From Candidatus Coatesbacteria bacterium (GTDB lineage Bacteria > RBG-13-66-14 > B26-G2 > JAUVZD01), in contig JAUVZD010000007.1 of NCBI GenBank assembly GCA_030602715.1, positions 13,581-77,580 of the forward strand: DNA of 64,000 nucleotides, in the 5' to 3' direction. The translations under genes and the position numbers were made by a program. Positions within the stretch are counted from its first letter, which is position 1, and each line of letters begins with the position of its first letter. Below the pieces are notes generated by a model. That model did not search any database, was not told where the DNA came from, and was given only the letters and a program-made list of their open reading frames with translations. Below are positions 37,676 to 48,541 of this stretch, piece by piece.

Positions 37676-38226
37676 AGAAAGTCATTAAGGCACTTGAAGC
37701 GGCTGGAATCCAGTTTATGCTGACCGGTTCCATCGCTTCCAGCCTGCAGGGTGAACCACGCTCCACCCATGACATAGACATTATCGTTGACATTCAGAAG
37801 TCAGGTGTAAAAAAAATGGTTGAGGTTTTTTCGCCCCCTGATTTTTATTTGGATGAAGAAAGCGTCCTTAAGGCGATTAAGACCAAAACCATGTTCAATC
37901 TCATAGATATGAAGGGGGGGGGCAAAGTTGATTTTTGGATGTTGACCGACGAACCCTTTGACCAATCTCGCTTTTCACGAAGGTATGCAGAGGAATTTTT
38001 GGGGATTAGAATGCAAGTCTCCAGTCCCGAGGACACAATTCTTGCAAAACTGAGATGGGCAAAACTGTCCGGCGGTAGTGAAAAACAATTCGTAGATGCC
38101 CTGCGAGTCTATGAAGTGCAGTTTGAAAAGCTGGACTCCGACTATCTGGAATACTGGGTAAAGGAGCTGAAAATTGAGTCTCTGTGGAATCTTTTAAAGG
38201 ATAATGCGGAAACGACAGCGCTTTAA
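37654..38226 (+). CDS. Pol-beta superfamily nucleotidyltransferase-fold protein (putative toxin or defense NTase)
   Basis: Minimal NTase motif MLTGSIASSLQGEPRSTHDIDIIVD (GS-x12-DxD). 190 aa. Confidence 0.5.
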   Translation: MSQQELLKKVIKALEAAGIQFMLTGSIASSLQGEPRSTHDIDIIVDIQKSGVKKMVEVFSPPDFYLDEESVLKAIKTKTMFNLIDMKGGGKVDFWMLTDEPFDQSRFSRRYAEEFLGIRMQVSSPEDTILAKLRWAKLSGGSEKQFVDALRVYEVQFEKLDSDYLEYWVKELKIESLWNLLKDNAETTAL

Positions 38227-38277
38227 ACCATCCCTAAAAGAAGACAGCCAAAAGCTAAACGTTCCTCTATCTGAGAG

Positions 38278-39165
38278 GTGGAGATGAACTACTTCATCAT
38301 TATGGCAGTTGCATTGACAGCGGTAACAACAGCCTACGCCCAATCCGAGGAGGGGGTTGTGCAACCCGCACCGGAAGAAAGGAGCGAGATGGAAAAGAAA
38401 GAGGAGTTTCCCCAGATGCACTGGGAGGAGATGCGCTCCCGGATGGAGAGCGACGGTCCCGATGCGGTGGTCGCGTTCATACAGGACTTTTCCGACCCGG
38501 AGGAGCGGTTGAAGCTCTACTCCTTCGCCCAGCAGTCCTTCGGGTACAAGGAATGGAAGGGTAAGAATTTTGACGATTACATCTCTGTGGTGAACGCCGG
38601 AATCGCCGAGGCGCTCAAACAATCTGATGAAGCCGAGGATGCGAAGACCTCCGCCAAGCACAAGGACTTCGCCAATGTCCTCTCCTACAACCTCTCGGCG
38701 GATCTGGCTGAGTGCTGGCCCGGCGACACCGCAATCCGAGAGAAGCGCCACTTTGAAGTGGGGCTAGCCGCCGCCGAGGACTGCATCCGCTGGCGCCAGG
38801 AACTCTCCAAAGGACCCTTCCCCTTCTCCATAGCCCATTGGGCTAAAGGAATGCACCAGATGTCTCTGGGCGACACCGCCGGAGCGGTAGAGAGTTTTCA
38901 GAAGGCGCTTGACTACAGCGTAGAATATGCCGGAGAGCAAAATGTCCCCGAAACGATAACTCCCGAGGGCGACTTCGTGGTCATCTTGAACAGCGGATAC
39001 CTGGGCATAGCCCAGTGGCTTGAAGGCAGTAAGGCGGGAAAAGCCCGCTACGAGGAAGCCTGCTCCGCCTTCCAGGGACAGATAGACAACTACCAGGACA
39101 AGAAGGACGACGCCCGGTTCGGTTTGGAGCAATTGCAGTATGTCAAGGATAAGTTCATCAAGTAA
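38278..39165 (+). CDS. Hypothetical secreted protein
   Basis: Signal peptide MNYFIIMAVALTAVTTAYA. Acidic and helical. Confidence 0.45.
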   Translation: MEMNYFIIMAVALTAVTTAYAQSEEGVVQPAPEERSEMEKKEEFPQMHWEEMRSRMESDGPDAVVAFIQDFSDPEERLKLYSFAQQSFGYKEWKGKNFDDYISVVNAGIAEALKQSDEAEDAKTSAKHKDFANVLSYNLSADLAECWPGDTAIREKRHFEVGLAAAEDCIRWRQELSKGPFPFSIAHWAKGMHQMSLGDTAGAVESFQKALDYSVEYAGEQNVPETITPEGDFVVILNSGYLGIAQWLEGSKAGKARYEEACSAFQGQIDNYQDKKDDARFGLEQLQYVKDKFIK

Positions 39166-39253
39166 GGACTGACAAAAGTAAAATACAAGAACAAGACCGC
39201 CCTAAAGGGGCGGTCTTGGCGTTGAGCAAAAAGTCTCAGCTTGAAAAAGATAG

Positions 39254-41380
39254 CTACAGCGACAACTGATAGGACATCTTCACCTGCGCCAGGCGCTCGG
39301 TCAACTCAAAATCACCGGTGGAGTTGTCCCGCATCTCGTTGTAGGCGAAGTAGATGGTGCTTCCCGGAAGATAGGTGTAGCCTACCAAGCCCGCAAAACG
39401 ATATTGTTTTCCGCTGTCCCGGTCCACAATGAAGCGCCACAGCAAATCCGGGGTGATGCCATGCTCCAGATTCAGCCGCACCACCCACAACCAATCCTCA
39501 TCCTGGGGCTTTACCCAATTCATCTGGGAGTAAACGGTAAAAGAAGAGAAGGGATAAACCGATGTCTCCGAATATATATTCCAATACCTTTCGTAACCGT
39601 AACCCTCTCCACCGCCGAAATGCAACACTACATTCCCCCAGGACATATTGCGGGTTCCACCCTGCAGAGCAAGATAGCGGACATCGTATTCAATTCCGTA
39701 AATGTCCAGATAATCGCCCAAGTAGCCATACTCATAATTAATTCCAGCGAATGTGCGATTGGTAAATCTAAAATTGGCATTTCCGCCGAAATAACGCGTT
39801 CTACGCTCCCCCTGCAGAGAGTTACCCACATCCCACCAATTCTCAAGTTGCAGATAGCGAATTACCGACTTATTAACCGCCCAGGTATAGTTCAAGTAGC
39901 CGTTAATTGAGTGCTTGTTCTTCCAACCTTCCTGGATGAAGCCCAGGTCGGAATCAAAGTAGGTCTGAGTGCGATAATAGCCAAAATCCAGATAAAGATT
40001 ATGACCATTATAGGTCGCTCCCACCGCTGTGGACCACTCTCCTTCACCCGGCATCAAAGTCTCTGGCAATGGATAGCTCTTTGAACGGGCTACCTGAGAG
40101 TACAAAGACAGATTTTCAACCACATTCCAGCGACCGTCTATCGCTCCCACCCGATTGTAACTATCATCATCCCCTCCCCCCTGGCGGTTGAGGAACTCAA
40201 AACCGATAAATCCTTTCCCCCACAGGTCCTGCTCGTAACGGGAGGCGAAGAAGTTGCTCTCTGGGAAGTTGGGGTCACTGTCCTGCAGTTGCATATCCAT
40301 CACCGCCACCCGGGAACGCTTACCGACGGTAGCCACCATCTTCCCCCCCACCAGAATGTCGGTCAATCGGCGGGTATATACGAGGTATAATGGTGTGTTG
40401 AAGTTCTCCAGCATCTCCTGGAAGAACGGTCTCTTCTCGCTAAATTCAAGCTCCTCCGGGGAGAGGTTTATCTGCTCCGGATCGGATTCTATCTGGGCAT
40501 AGTCTGGGTTCAGGGTGGCGTTTACCGTCATCCAGGTGCCGATACGCACTTCGGCATCCAGCCCGGCGGTGCCGTCAAATTCATGCCCGATCAGCTCGCC
40601 GGTATCGGGGTCTATAGTGTTTTCAGCCCGCACCAAGCCGAAGGGGATGATGTCCAGCGGGGAGGCTTTGGGCAGGTTGGTCATCCCCGAAAGGTCACCG
40701 CACTGGGAGACCCGGTTGACGTTGGAACCATCTCCAGCCCAATAGGTCAGCTCGCTGGTCTCCTGGGCTTCGCGCATAATTTGCAAACCCCAGACGTCGT
40801 TATCGCCGTAACGGAGGATGCGGAAGGGGATAGCCATCTCCACCACATAGCGGTCCTCGTAAATCTCCACCCCCGACTCCCACACCCCATCCCAGGAGTT
40901 ATCGCTATAGTCGCCGTCCTGAGATAGGATGCCGTCAAACTGGGTATTGAGGGCATTGACCATCAGGTCATAACTTGTGCGGTTATCGTTGAAGGTGTCC
41001 AGAAAGACATCTATACAGTCATCGTAATTTAGCATAGCATCACGCTGGGTTACCGTCTTGACCAGCTTATCCCGGTCGCCATAGCAGATTATGGCTATGT
41101 AGAGATTCTCCTCGTCCTTAGCAAACATAGCCTCCGTGGGCAGTATGGGAGGCTGGTCTTTATATGGTCTAGACTGACGAAACTCGCTTATCACCTCAAC
41201 CTGCGACCAGAAGGGTTCATCAAGCACCCCGTCAATGGTCACCTCTTCATTGATGTCGGTTATCACATAGGAGGGGAAAAGCTCCATCTCCCCGCCATCG
41301 TCTGCTGAGATAACCTGCCCGCAAATTCCCAGGGACAAGCCAGAGAAAACTAGAACCCAAATTGCGCATTTAAACCGCAA
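39254..41380 (-). CDS. CBM9-like / DUF5916 family outer-membrane-associated protein
   Basis: The signal peptide and N-terminal EVTIDGVLDEPFWSQVEVISEFRQSRPYKDQPP...ENLYIAIICYD are typical of the CBM9-like domain; a large C-terminal beta-rich domain follows. 708 aa. Confidence 0.55.
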   Translation of the reverse strand: MRFKCAIWVLVFSGLSLGICGQVISADDGGEMELFPSYVITDINEEVTIDGVLDEPFWSQVEVISEFRQSRPYKDQPPILPTEAMFAKDEENLYIAIICYGDRDKLVKTVTQRDAMLNYDDCIDVFLDTFNDNRTSYDLMVNALNTQFDGILSQDGDYSDNSWDGVWESGVEIYEDRYVVEMAIPFRILRYGDNDVWGLQIMREAQETSELTYWAGDGSNVNRVSQCGDLSGMTNLPKASPLDIIPFGLVRAENTIDPDTGELIGHEFDGTAGLDAEVRIGTWMTVNATLNPDYAQIESDPEQINLSPEELEFSEKRPFFQEMLENFNTPLYLVYTRRLTDILVGGKMVATVGKRSRVAVMDMQLQDSDPNFPESNFFASRYEQDLWGKGFIGFEFLNRQGGGDDDSYNRVGAIDGRWNVVENLSLYSQVARSKSYPLPETLMPGEGEWSTAVGATYNGHNLYLDFGYYRTQTYFDSDLGFIQEGWKNKHSINGYLNYTWAVNKSVIRYLQLENWWDVGNSLQGERRTRYFGGNANFRFTNRTFAGINYEYGYLGDYLDIYGIEYDVRYLALQGGTRNMSWGNVVLHFGGGEGYGYERYWNIYSETSVYPFSSFTVYSQMNWVKPQDEDWLWVVRLNLEHGITPDLLWRFIVDRDSGKQYRFAGLVGYTYLPGSTIYFAYNEMRDNSTGDFELTERLAQVKMSYQLSL

Positions 41381-41683
41381 AGCTGTTTACCCCCCTTCGC
41401 TTCGGTGAAAGAATTTGAACAACTCTACTTATACACACCATAAAATCCAGATTTATAAATGGATATGTTTACCCATCGTTCAGACATCATATAGGACGGC
41501 GGGAGGAAAACGAAAGTTTCAACATACTGATAGAAATATCTTCCTAAAAAGAAAAATAGGGAAGCATACGCTTCTACTATTTGTTCGTAAATAAAGGGAA
41601 AAGCGACAGTAGTTTCTCCTGTATTATCAGACGGAGAAAGCAATACGCTTCCTCCGTCAATCCATCAAAATCTCCCCAAATTA

Positions 41684-41893
41684 TCAGTTTTTAGACGTCT
41701 CGTGAAAATCGGTCAGTTCAAGCAAAGCATGAGTGGTGGACTTTCCCACCTCCGTTTCGGCAGCCTCCTCTGAGGAACGCTTTCCCTTCTCCTTGTAGAT
41801 ATTTCTAGCCCGCACCGCAACGGCTATAACCAGTTCATAAATGTTTCCGTAAGGTTCAGCGAGCTTTTCTATGGAAATATCGTACATCTCCAC
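41684..41893 (-). CDS. rpoZ: DNA-directed RNA polymerase subunit omega
   Basis: 69 aa. The YELVIAVAVRARNI motif matches the RpoZ core. Confidence 0.7.
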   Translation of the reverse strand: MEMYDISIEKLAEPYGNIYELVIAVAVRARNIYKEKGKRSSEEAAETEVGKSTTHALLELTDFHETSKN

Positions 41894-41927
41894 CCTCTTG
41901 AAATGAAATCCACCTTTTCCCTACCTT

Positions 41928-43523
41928 CTATTCAGTAAGCGCCTCATCTACCGCATCCTCCACCTCATCGGAAAGTGGAGCTTCCGAGCCCATATTCTCC
42001 AACATCCACCGGGTATCATCCACGAAATCGCTATCCGGATACTCTTTGAGCAACTTCTTAAAGGCTTCTTCCGCATCCTCAAAGCGGGAAAGCTCCTCGG
42101 CGTTCAGGAAACCTATGAGAAATTGGGCTTTATCCGCCTGCTCATCGTTGGGGTATAGGGCTACCACCGCCTTGTAGGCATTGATTGCCTGGACGGGATT
42201 GGAGGCGTTCTTTGCCACCTCCATAATCTCCTTGGCGGACATGGTGCGGTATTCACCCAGCTCCATATAGTTGACCACATCGTATTTATCCATCAAGTCG
42301 GCGAAAGCGCGGTCTCCAGCCTCAGTCCTGTATTGACTATACAGGATATCGGATATGGAATCATACACCTCATCCAAGCTCTTGAAGCCTGAGGGCTTAT
42401 AGTCTTTGATGTAGAAGATGTGCCAACCCTTCTCGCCCTTCACTGGACCAACATAATCACCAACATCTCCAGCCCAAATAAGAGCCTCCGCCTCCTCACT
42501 TCTACCCAGTGCGGAGACCATTCCCCCCTTCTTAAGCCAGTTGAAATAACCACCCCGCCCTTTAGCGCTGTCCTCTATCTCGCTCTCCTCTGCCACCTGG
42601 GAGAAGTTTTTCTTCTCGGCGCGTAACTCCTCCAAAGCGCTCTGCGCCGTCCCCTTATCACTGAAGTAACAGGAGGCTACCTCATACATCTCCGTCTGCT
42701 TGTATCTATCTATGTTCTGGTCGTAGTAGCTGGCTATATCCTCATCGGACACAGCCAGAGCGCGGGCAACTTCTGCACGCACCTCCTCAAAGGGTAACTG
42801 TCCTTCGGGAATCCTCTCATCCACCATAATTATGACAAAACCGTAGTCGGTGAGTATGGGGTTGCTTATCCCCCCCACCTCCATCTCAAAAGCCTTCTTC
42901 TGGATATCCTTATCCCTAGCCACACCCACAGCTCCGACGCCGTCTATGTCAAATTCAGGCAGTAAGCCTGCCAGGCTTCTGGAGGAGACATCCTCAGACT
43001 CGTTATTGGCGATAACCTCAAACTTCTCCCCCTTCATCAATCGCTCATATATCGCCCGGGCATCGGCTTCCTCCTTCTTCACGATACAACGTATCTTCAC
43101 CTTCTCGGGAGCCACATAATCATCCTTGTGCCCTTCGTAGTAGTCCTTCAGTTGGGCTTCAGGTATCCACAGGTTTTCGTTGATGTATCTATTGAAATAC
43201 TCCCCGACCAGAACCCGTAGGGCGGCATATTCCATGCGCATTTTCACCAGAGGGTCATCCTGTAGCCCCACTTCCTTTGCCGCCAACTCCAGTATCTTCT
43301 GATTGATCAAGCCTTCCAGTAGAATCTTCTTGCCCTCTTCGGTCTTAAATCTCTCCTGCTGGTCCGGGGGGAAGGTGAGGATAAATTCCTCCAGGTCGCT
43401 TTCTGTGATAACCTGTCCACCGATGCGAGCCAGCACCTCATCACCCTCTTCTCCCTCCTGACAGCCTAAAGGGAGAATGAACAGAAAAGAGAGCAGAAAA
43501 GAAATCGTTAAAACCCTGCGCAT
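41928..43523 (-). CDS. SurA/PrsA-like peptidyl-prolyl cis-trans isomerase (parvulin domain) lipoprotein
   Basis: Lipobox LPLGC. A SurA-N-like helical region, then a parvulin PPIase segment (GGYFNWLKKGGMVSALGRSEEAEALIWAGDVGDYVGPVKGEKGWHIFYIKD). Confidence 0.7.
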   Translation of the reverse strand: MRRVLTISFLLSFLFILPLGCQEGEEGDEVLARIGGQVITESDLEEFILTFPPDQQERFKTEEGKKILLEGLINQKILELAAKEVGLQDDPLVKMRMEYAALRVLVGEYFNRYINENLWIPEAQLKDYYEGHKDDYVAPEKVKIRCIVKKEEADARAIYERLMKGEKFEVIANNESEDVSSRSLAGLLPEFDIDGVGAVGVARDKDIQKKAFEMEVGGISNPILTDYGFVIIMVDERIPEGQLPFEEVRAEVARALAVSDEDIASYYDQNIDRYKQTEMYEVASCYFSDKGTAQSALEELRAEKKNFSQVAEESEIEDSAKGRGGYFNWLKKGGMVSALGRSEEAEALIWAGDVGDYVGPVKGEKGWHIFYIKDYKPSGFKSLDEVYDSISDILYSQYRTEAGDRAFADLMDKYDVVNYMELGEYRTMSAKEIMEVAKNASNPVQAINAYKAVVALYPNDEQADKAQFLIGFLNAEELSRFEDAEEAFKKLLKEYPDSDFVDDTRWMLENMGSEAPLSDEVEDAVDEALTE

Positions 43524-43535
43524 GAGACCTCCAGT

Positions 43536-43820
43536 TTATTTGTCCTCACTATTTTTCTTGGGATGCGATCTATCTGGGGACGAACCAGTATCGTCGGTAA
43601 CAGACCCTTTCTCCTCTTTTTCGCGCCTTTTGTAGTCCTCACTACGGTTTTCGGTGATATAGAAACCAGAGCCTTTGAATATCAACCCGGCGCCGGCGCT
43701 GATCACCTTCTGGGCACGCCCGCCACAGCGGGGGCACTTCTCATAGCTCCCCGAGTTGATGGATTTGAAGCGCTCAAAGATATGACCACATTCAGGACAT
43801 TTGAAGTCGTAGCTGGGCAT
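43536..43820 (-). CDS. FmdB-family zinc-ribbon protein
   Basis: MPSYDFKCPECGHIFE...CPRCGG (CxxC...CxxC). Confidence 0.7.
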   Translation of the reverse strand: MPSYDFKCPECGHIFERFKSINSGSYEKCPRCGGRAQKVISAGAGLIFKGSGFYITENRSEDYKRREKEEKGSVTDDTGSSPDRSHPKKNSEDK

Positions 43821-43984
43821 GACGTTTTAAGCTCCCATTCTAAGACAAAATTGTGATAAGTCAAGGCTCATAAAGCGATTTGGTGCCCCACCCACCTCAT
43901 CGGGGGCTTTTAGTAGAAAAAGAGCCAAGCGGCAGGGGGTGGTATTACCCCCCGCCGCAGATTATCTAAATTAAGGCGCCCCGC

Positions 43985-45613
43985 CTAATACATGTCCCCG
44001 TATCCGCCCCCGCCCGGGGGCATGGGAGGACCCTTCTCCTCCTCGGGAATGTCGGATATCAAGCACTCCGTCATCAGCAGGAGCGCAGAGATAGAGGCGG
44101 CATTCTGCAGAGCAAAGCGAGTTACCTTGACCGGATCAACGATGCCGGCTTCAAACATATCCACAAATTCATCTTTCTCGGCGTCGTAACCGACATTACC
44201 CTTCTTGTCCATCACCTGACGGGCTATGACTGAACCCTCGGCGCCGGAGTTTAAAGCTATCTGCTTGAGTGGCTCTACAAGCGAACGAATGACAATATCC
44301 ACGCCGATCGCTTCATCCCCCTTCAATTTCAGCTTCTTCAGCTCAGGGATGGAACGAATGAAGGTAACCCCTCCGCCAGCCACTATACCCTCCTCCACCG
44401 CCGCCCTTGTAGCGTGCAGGGCATCCTCCACCCGAGCCTTCTTCTCCTTCATCTCCGTCTCGGTTGCCGCACCGACATGGATGACCGCCACCCCGCCGGC
44501 CAGCTTAGCCAACCGCTCTTGCAGTTTCTCCTTATCGTAGTCGGAGGTGGAGGTTTCTATCTGGTTGCGAATCTGAGCAATACGCCCCTTAATGTCATCT
44601 GCAGAACCTGCTCCCTCTATGATTACCGTCTCATCCTTATCTATGGCAACCCGTTTGGCGGTGCCCAGGTCATCAATGGTGATGTTCTCCAGCTTTATGC
44701 CCAGGTCCTCGGTGATGGCTCTACCGCCGGTCAAGGTGGCAATATCCTCAAGCATCGCCTTACGCCGATCCCCGAAGCCGGGGGCTTTGACCGCGGCACA
44801 CTTCAAAACTCCGCGTATCTTGTTGACCACCAGGGTAGCTAGGGCTTCGCCATCCACATCCTCGGCGATGATGAGCAGTGGCTTACCGGACTGAGCGATG
44901 CGCTCCAGAACCGGCAGGAGTTCCTTCATCACCGAGATTTTCTTCTCGTGGATGAGGATGTAGGGGTCCTCCAGTTCCACCTTCATATTTTCCGCATCGG
45001 TCACGAAATAGGGGGAGAGGTACCCTCGGTCAAACTGCATCCCCTCCACCCAGTCCAGCTTGGTATCCATACCCTTGGCTTCCTCAACGGTGATGACCCC
45101 GTCCTTGCCCACTCGCTCCATAGCATCGGCGATCATCTCACCGATTGTAGGGTCATTGTTGGCGGAGATGGTCCCCACCTGAGCAATCTCACTGCGGTCA
45201 TCAACTGACTTGGACATGGAATGTATCTTCTTCACCACCACATCCACCGCCTTCTCAATGCCCCGCTTGAGAGCCATAGGATTGGCTCCGGCGGTAACAT
45301 TCTTCAAGCCTTCCTTGAATATTGCCTCCGCCAAAATGGTGGCGGTGGTGGTGCCGTCACCGGCTACATCGCTGGTCTTGGAAGCCACTTCCTTGACCAT
45401 CTGTGCCCCCATGTTCTCAAAGGGGTCCTCAAACTCTATATCCTTGGCTACGGTAACCCCGTCTTTGGTGATAGTGGGGGAGCCGAACTTACGGTCCAGG
45501 ACCACATTGCGTCCTCTGGGACCCAGGGTGATCCTCACCGCTTTGGAGAGTTTTTCCACACCAATACGCAACTTGGTGCGAGTTTCTTCATCAAAGGTCA
45601 ATTGCTTAGCCAT
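43985..45613 (-). CDS. groL: Chaperonin GroEL
   Basis: [40 protein letters not shown]. 542 aa. Gly-rich C-terminus. Confidence 0.95.
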   Translation of the reverse strand: MAKQLTFDEETRTKLRIGVEKLSKAVRITLGPRGRNVVLDRKFGSPTITKDGVTVAKDIEFEDPFENMGAQMVKEVASKTSDVAGDGTTTATILAEAIFKEGLKNVTAGANPMALKRGIEKAVDVVVKKIHSMSKSVDDRSEIAQVGTISANNDPTIGEMIADAMERVGKDGVITVEEAKGMDTKLDWVEGMQFDRGYLSPYFVTDAENMKVELEDPYILIHEKKISVMKELLPVLERIAQSGKPLLIIAEDVDGEALATLVVNKIRGVLKCAAVKAPGFGDRRKAMLEDIATLTGGRAITEDLGIKLENITIDDLGTAKRVAIDKDETVIIEGAGSADDIKGRIAQIRNQIETSTSDYDKEKLQERLAKLAGGVAVIHVGAATETEMKEKKARVEDALHATRAAVEEGIVAGGGVTFIRSIPELKKLKLKGDEAIGVDIVIRSLVEPLKQIALNSGAEGSVIARQVMDKKGNVGYDAEKDEFVDMFEAGIVDPVKVTRFALQNAASISALLLMTECLISDIPEEEKGPPMPPGGGGYGDMY

Positions 45614-45640
45614 AATCTATCTTTCCTCCTAGAAGGTTAG

Positions 45641-45928
45641 CTATTCAATAATTCCCAGGATATCGTCTTCACGCATAATCAGGTAATCCTCATCCCCAAT
45701 TTTGACATCACTGCCGGCATATTTTCCGAAAAGCACCTTATCGCCCTTCTTCACATTCATGGGGACAATCTCGCCTTTGTCATTGCGAGCACCGGGACCG
45801 ACGGCTATGACTTCACCGCGCTGGGGTTTCTCCTTGGCGGTATCGGGGACAATGATACCCCCCTTAACCACTTCTTCCTCCTCCAGTCGCCTGACCAGAA
45901 CCCTATCTCCCAACGGCTTGATGTTCAT
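45641..45928 (-). CDS. groS: Co-chaperonin GroES
   Basis: [44 protein letters not shown]. Confidence 0.95.
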   Translation of the reverse strand: MNIKPLGDRVLVRRLEEEEVVKGGIIVPDTAKEKPQRGEVIAVGPGARNDKGEIVPMNVKKGDKVLFGKYAGSDVKIGDEDYLIMREDDILGIIE

Positions 45929-45980
45929 ACTCCTACTCCTTTCCAGGAAAATTTATTTATGTGATTTTTTATCCAATCAA

Positions 45981-45998
45981 GGGCAAAATTTGTGCCAA
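45981..45998 (-). promoter_or_regulatory. Sigma54-type (-24/-12) promoter TTGGCAC-N5-TTGC upstream of groES-groEL
   Basis: The minus strand reads TTGGCACAAATTTTGCCC; the -12 GC lies about 55 nt upstream of the groES ATG. An inverted repeat CCAATT-gcat-AATTGG (45995-46010) overlaps the -24 element. Confidence 0.5.
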
Positions 45999-46066
45999 TT
46001 GCATAATTGGCTCAAGTAAAAGCCTTATGTCTCATTCTCTCCGCAAATGTATCAAGCATTGAGAAA

Positions 46067-48541
46067 TTATGACGCCACCCTCTCTTCCCGCTCCCGCCGG
46101 GCTTTCTTCTTCCTTCCATCATCCGACACTCTGGCGGGGAGCAATACCTCCTTGAAGACCTCATCCACATTCTCCACAAAGACGAACTCCAGGCGCCCCT
46201 TTATCTCATCAGAGATCTCCTCCACGGAACTGACATTCTCCTTGGGCAGGATGACCTTCTTGATGCCGGCAGCAACTGCCGCCAGACACTTTTCCCGCAC
46301 CCCACCGATGGGCAAAACCCGCCCGATTAAGGTTATCTCCCCGGTCATAGCAAGATCACAACGCACCGGGCGCTCGGTCAGCAAACTGATCAAAGCAGTA
46401 GCCATGGTGATACCCGCAGAGGGACCGTCCTTGGGCACCGCCCCGGCGGGGACATGGATGTGGATATCCATCTTGGAGAAAAACTCCTCATCTATATCGT
46501 AGCTCCCGGCGTTGGAACGGAGATAGGAGAGGGCGGCAACCGCCGACTCCTTCATCACATCGCCCAACTGTCCGGTCAGGGTCAGCTCCCCTTTCCCCCG
46601 CATCATAGTCGCCTCCACAAAAGTGATGGTGCCCCCGAACTCGGTATAAGCCAACCCGGTTGCCATTCCCACCATAGGGCACTTCCCCCGCACCTCGTCG
46701 TAGTATCTTCGGGGACCGAGAAACTCGTCCAGGTCGTCGCTGGTTACCTTTTTCTTATAACCCTTATCCTTGATAACATCTATCGCCACCTTACGGCATA
46801 TGCGGGCTATCAACCGCTCCAGGTTGCGTAGACCCGCCTCCCGGGTGTAGTTATTGATTATAACTTTAAGCACCGGCGTAGCGATAGACAGGTTGGCTTT
46901 GCTCAAACCGTGTTCTTCAAGCTGTTTGGGAATGAGAAATTTCTTGGCGATTCCTACCTTCTCATCCAGGGTATATCCCACCAGGCGCAGGGTCTCCATA
47001 CGGTCCCGCAGGGGGGGAGGAACGGTGTCCAAGATATTGCCAGTGGTGATAAACATCACCTTGGACAGGTCAAAAGGTAAATCCAGATAATTATCCCTGA
47101 AGGAGAAGTTCTGTTCCGGATCCAACACCTCCAGAAGCGCTGAGGAGGGGTCGCCACGAAAATCCTTTCCCACCTTGTCAATTTCGTCTAGCATGAAGAC
47201 CGGGTTGTTGGTCCCCGCCTCTCGCAAACCCTGGATAATGCGACCGGGCAGAGCCCCCACATAGGTGCGGCGGTGCCCTCTTATCTCCGCCTCATCGTGG
47301 ATGCCCCCCAGGGACATGCGCACAAATTTGCGACCCAAAGCCCGGGCGATGGAGCGCCCCAGAGAGGTCTTACCGGTTCCCGGAGGACCGACAAAGCAGA
47401 GGATGGGACCTCTCATGTCCTCCTTCAGCTTGCGCACCGCAAGATATTCCAGAATGCGCTCCTTCACCTCCTCCAGGCCATAATGGTCCTCGTCCAATAT
47501 TCTGCCAGCCTGGTCTATATCCAGCTCGTCCACGGAACCTTCCTGCCACGGCAGAATAAGAATCCAGTCTATATAGGTGCGAGCGACGGAGTATTCGGCA
47601 CTGGCTGGATTGATGTGGGATAACCGTTCCAGCTCCTCCTCGGCACGGGCTCGCACCTCATCGGGAAGGTTTTTTTGGACAATCTTCTCCCTCAGGTCCT
47701 CTATCTCCGCAGCGGCAGAATCCTCCTCACCCAGTTCCTTCTTGATGGCTTTCAGCTGCTGGCGGAGGAAATACTGCTTCTGGGCATCGTCCATCTGGGA
47801 GCGGGCTTCGGACTGTATCTTGGAGCCCAAACGGAGGAGTTCCACCTCCCGCCCCAGAAGGATATTGACCCGCTCCAGCCTCTTCTCCACATCGGCGATC
47901 TCCAGGATATTCTGGCGGTCATTCTGGTCAATATTTATGTTGGAAGCGACGAAGTCGGACAGCTTACCGGGGTCATCTATATTCATTGCGGTGATGTAAG
48001 CCTCCTCCGGCAGGTAAGGGGCAAACTCCACCATCTCCTGGAAAGAGGACAGGATGGACCGCTTCATAGCTTCCATGTGGACGCTTGGCGTAAATACATC
48101 AGATATCTTCTCCACCTTTGCCTTGAAATAGGGTTTTCGCTGGGTGAAGGATTTCGACCTACAACGGGCTAACCCCTGCACCAGGATGCGCAAGTTCCCG
48201 TCTCCCACCTTGAGCATCTTCAGCACCAGACCAGCCGAGCCGATGTTGTTAATATCCTTCTCTTTGGGTTTCTCTACGGAGGCATCCTTCTGGGCGAAAA
48301 GACCGATTATGCGGTTTCCCAGCACCACCTCATTGATCAGCTCTACACTTGAGGGTCGGGCGATTATCAGAGGAATTATCATAAAAGGAAACACCACGAT
48401 TTCCCTAAGGGGAAGTATGGGCAACTCCTCCGGTATCTCCAGGTCGGCTACCCGTCCCAGAACATCATCCTTCTCCGGCTTTTCTTCCTCTTTGCTCTTG
48501 TGGTCTTTCTCTTTCTCGTCCAAAGCAAAAACTCCTATCAA
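46067..48541 (-). CDS. lon: ATP-dependent Lon protease
   Basis: Lon N domain. AAA+ motif CFVGPPGTGKTSLGRSIA. Proteolytic motif DGPSAGITMATALISLLT. Its start ATG overlaps the hsp20 stop (ATGA). Confidence 0.95.
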   Translation of the reverse strand: MIGVFALDEKEKDHKSKEEEKPEKDDVLGRVADLEIPEELPILPLREIVVFPFMIIPLIIARPSSVELINEVVLGNRIIGLFAQKDASVEKPKEKDINNIGSAGLVLKMLKVGDGNLRILVQGLARCRSKSFTQRKPYFKAKVEKISDVFTPSVHMEAMKRSILSSFQEMVEFAPYLPEEAYITAMNIDDPGKLSDFVASNINIDQNDRQNILEIADVEKRLERVNILLGREVELLRLGSKIQSEARSQMDDAQKQYFLRQQLKAIKKELGEEDSAAAEIEDLREKIVQKNLPDEVRARAEEELERLSHINPASAEYSVARTYIDWILILPWQEGSVDELDIDQAGRILDEDHYGLEEVKERILEYLAVRKLKEDMRGPILCFVGPPGTGKTSLGRSIARALGRKFVRMSLGGIHDEAEIRGHRRTYVGALPGRIIQGLREAGTNNPVFMLDEIDKVGKDFRGDPSSALLEVLDPEQNFSFRDNYLDLPFDLSKVMFITTGNILDTVPPPLRDRMETLRLVGYTLDEKVGIAKKFLIPKQLEEHGLSKANLSIATPVLKVIINNYTREAGLRNLERLIARICRKVAIDVIKDKGYKKKVTSDDLDEFLGPRRYYDEVRGKCPMVGMATGLAYTEFGGTITFVEATMMRGKGELTLTGQLGDVMKESAVAALSYLRSNAGSYDIDEEFFSKMDIHIHVPAGAVPKDGPSAGITMATALISLLTERPVRCDLAMTGEITLIGRVLPIGGVREKCLAAVAAGIKKVILPKENVSSVEEISDEIKGRLEFVFVENVDEVFKEVLLPARVSDDGRKKKARREREERVAS

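Noticed and set aside
41381-41683. AT-rich 300-nt intergenic region with a 72-aa ORF (41425..41643), considered as an ncRNA or small-protein locus
   Set aside because: Only weak hairpins are present, and there is no recognisable ncRNA family signature, RBS or start context.
45929-46066. CIRCE/HrcA operator or sigma32 promoter for groESL
   Set aside because: No TTAGCACTC-N9-GAGTGCTAA and no CTTGAAA/CCCCAT pair are present; a sigma54-type element was found instead.
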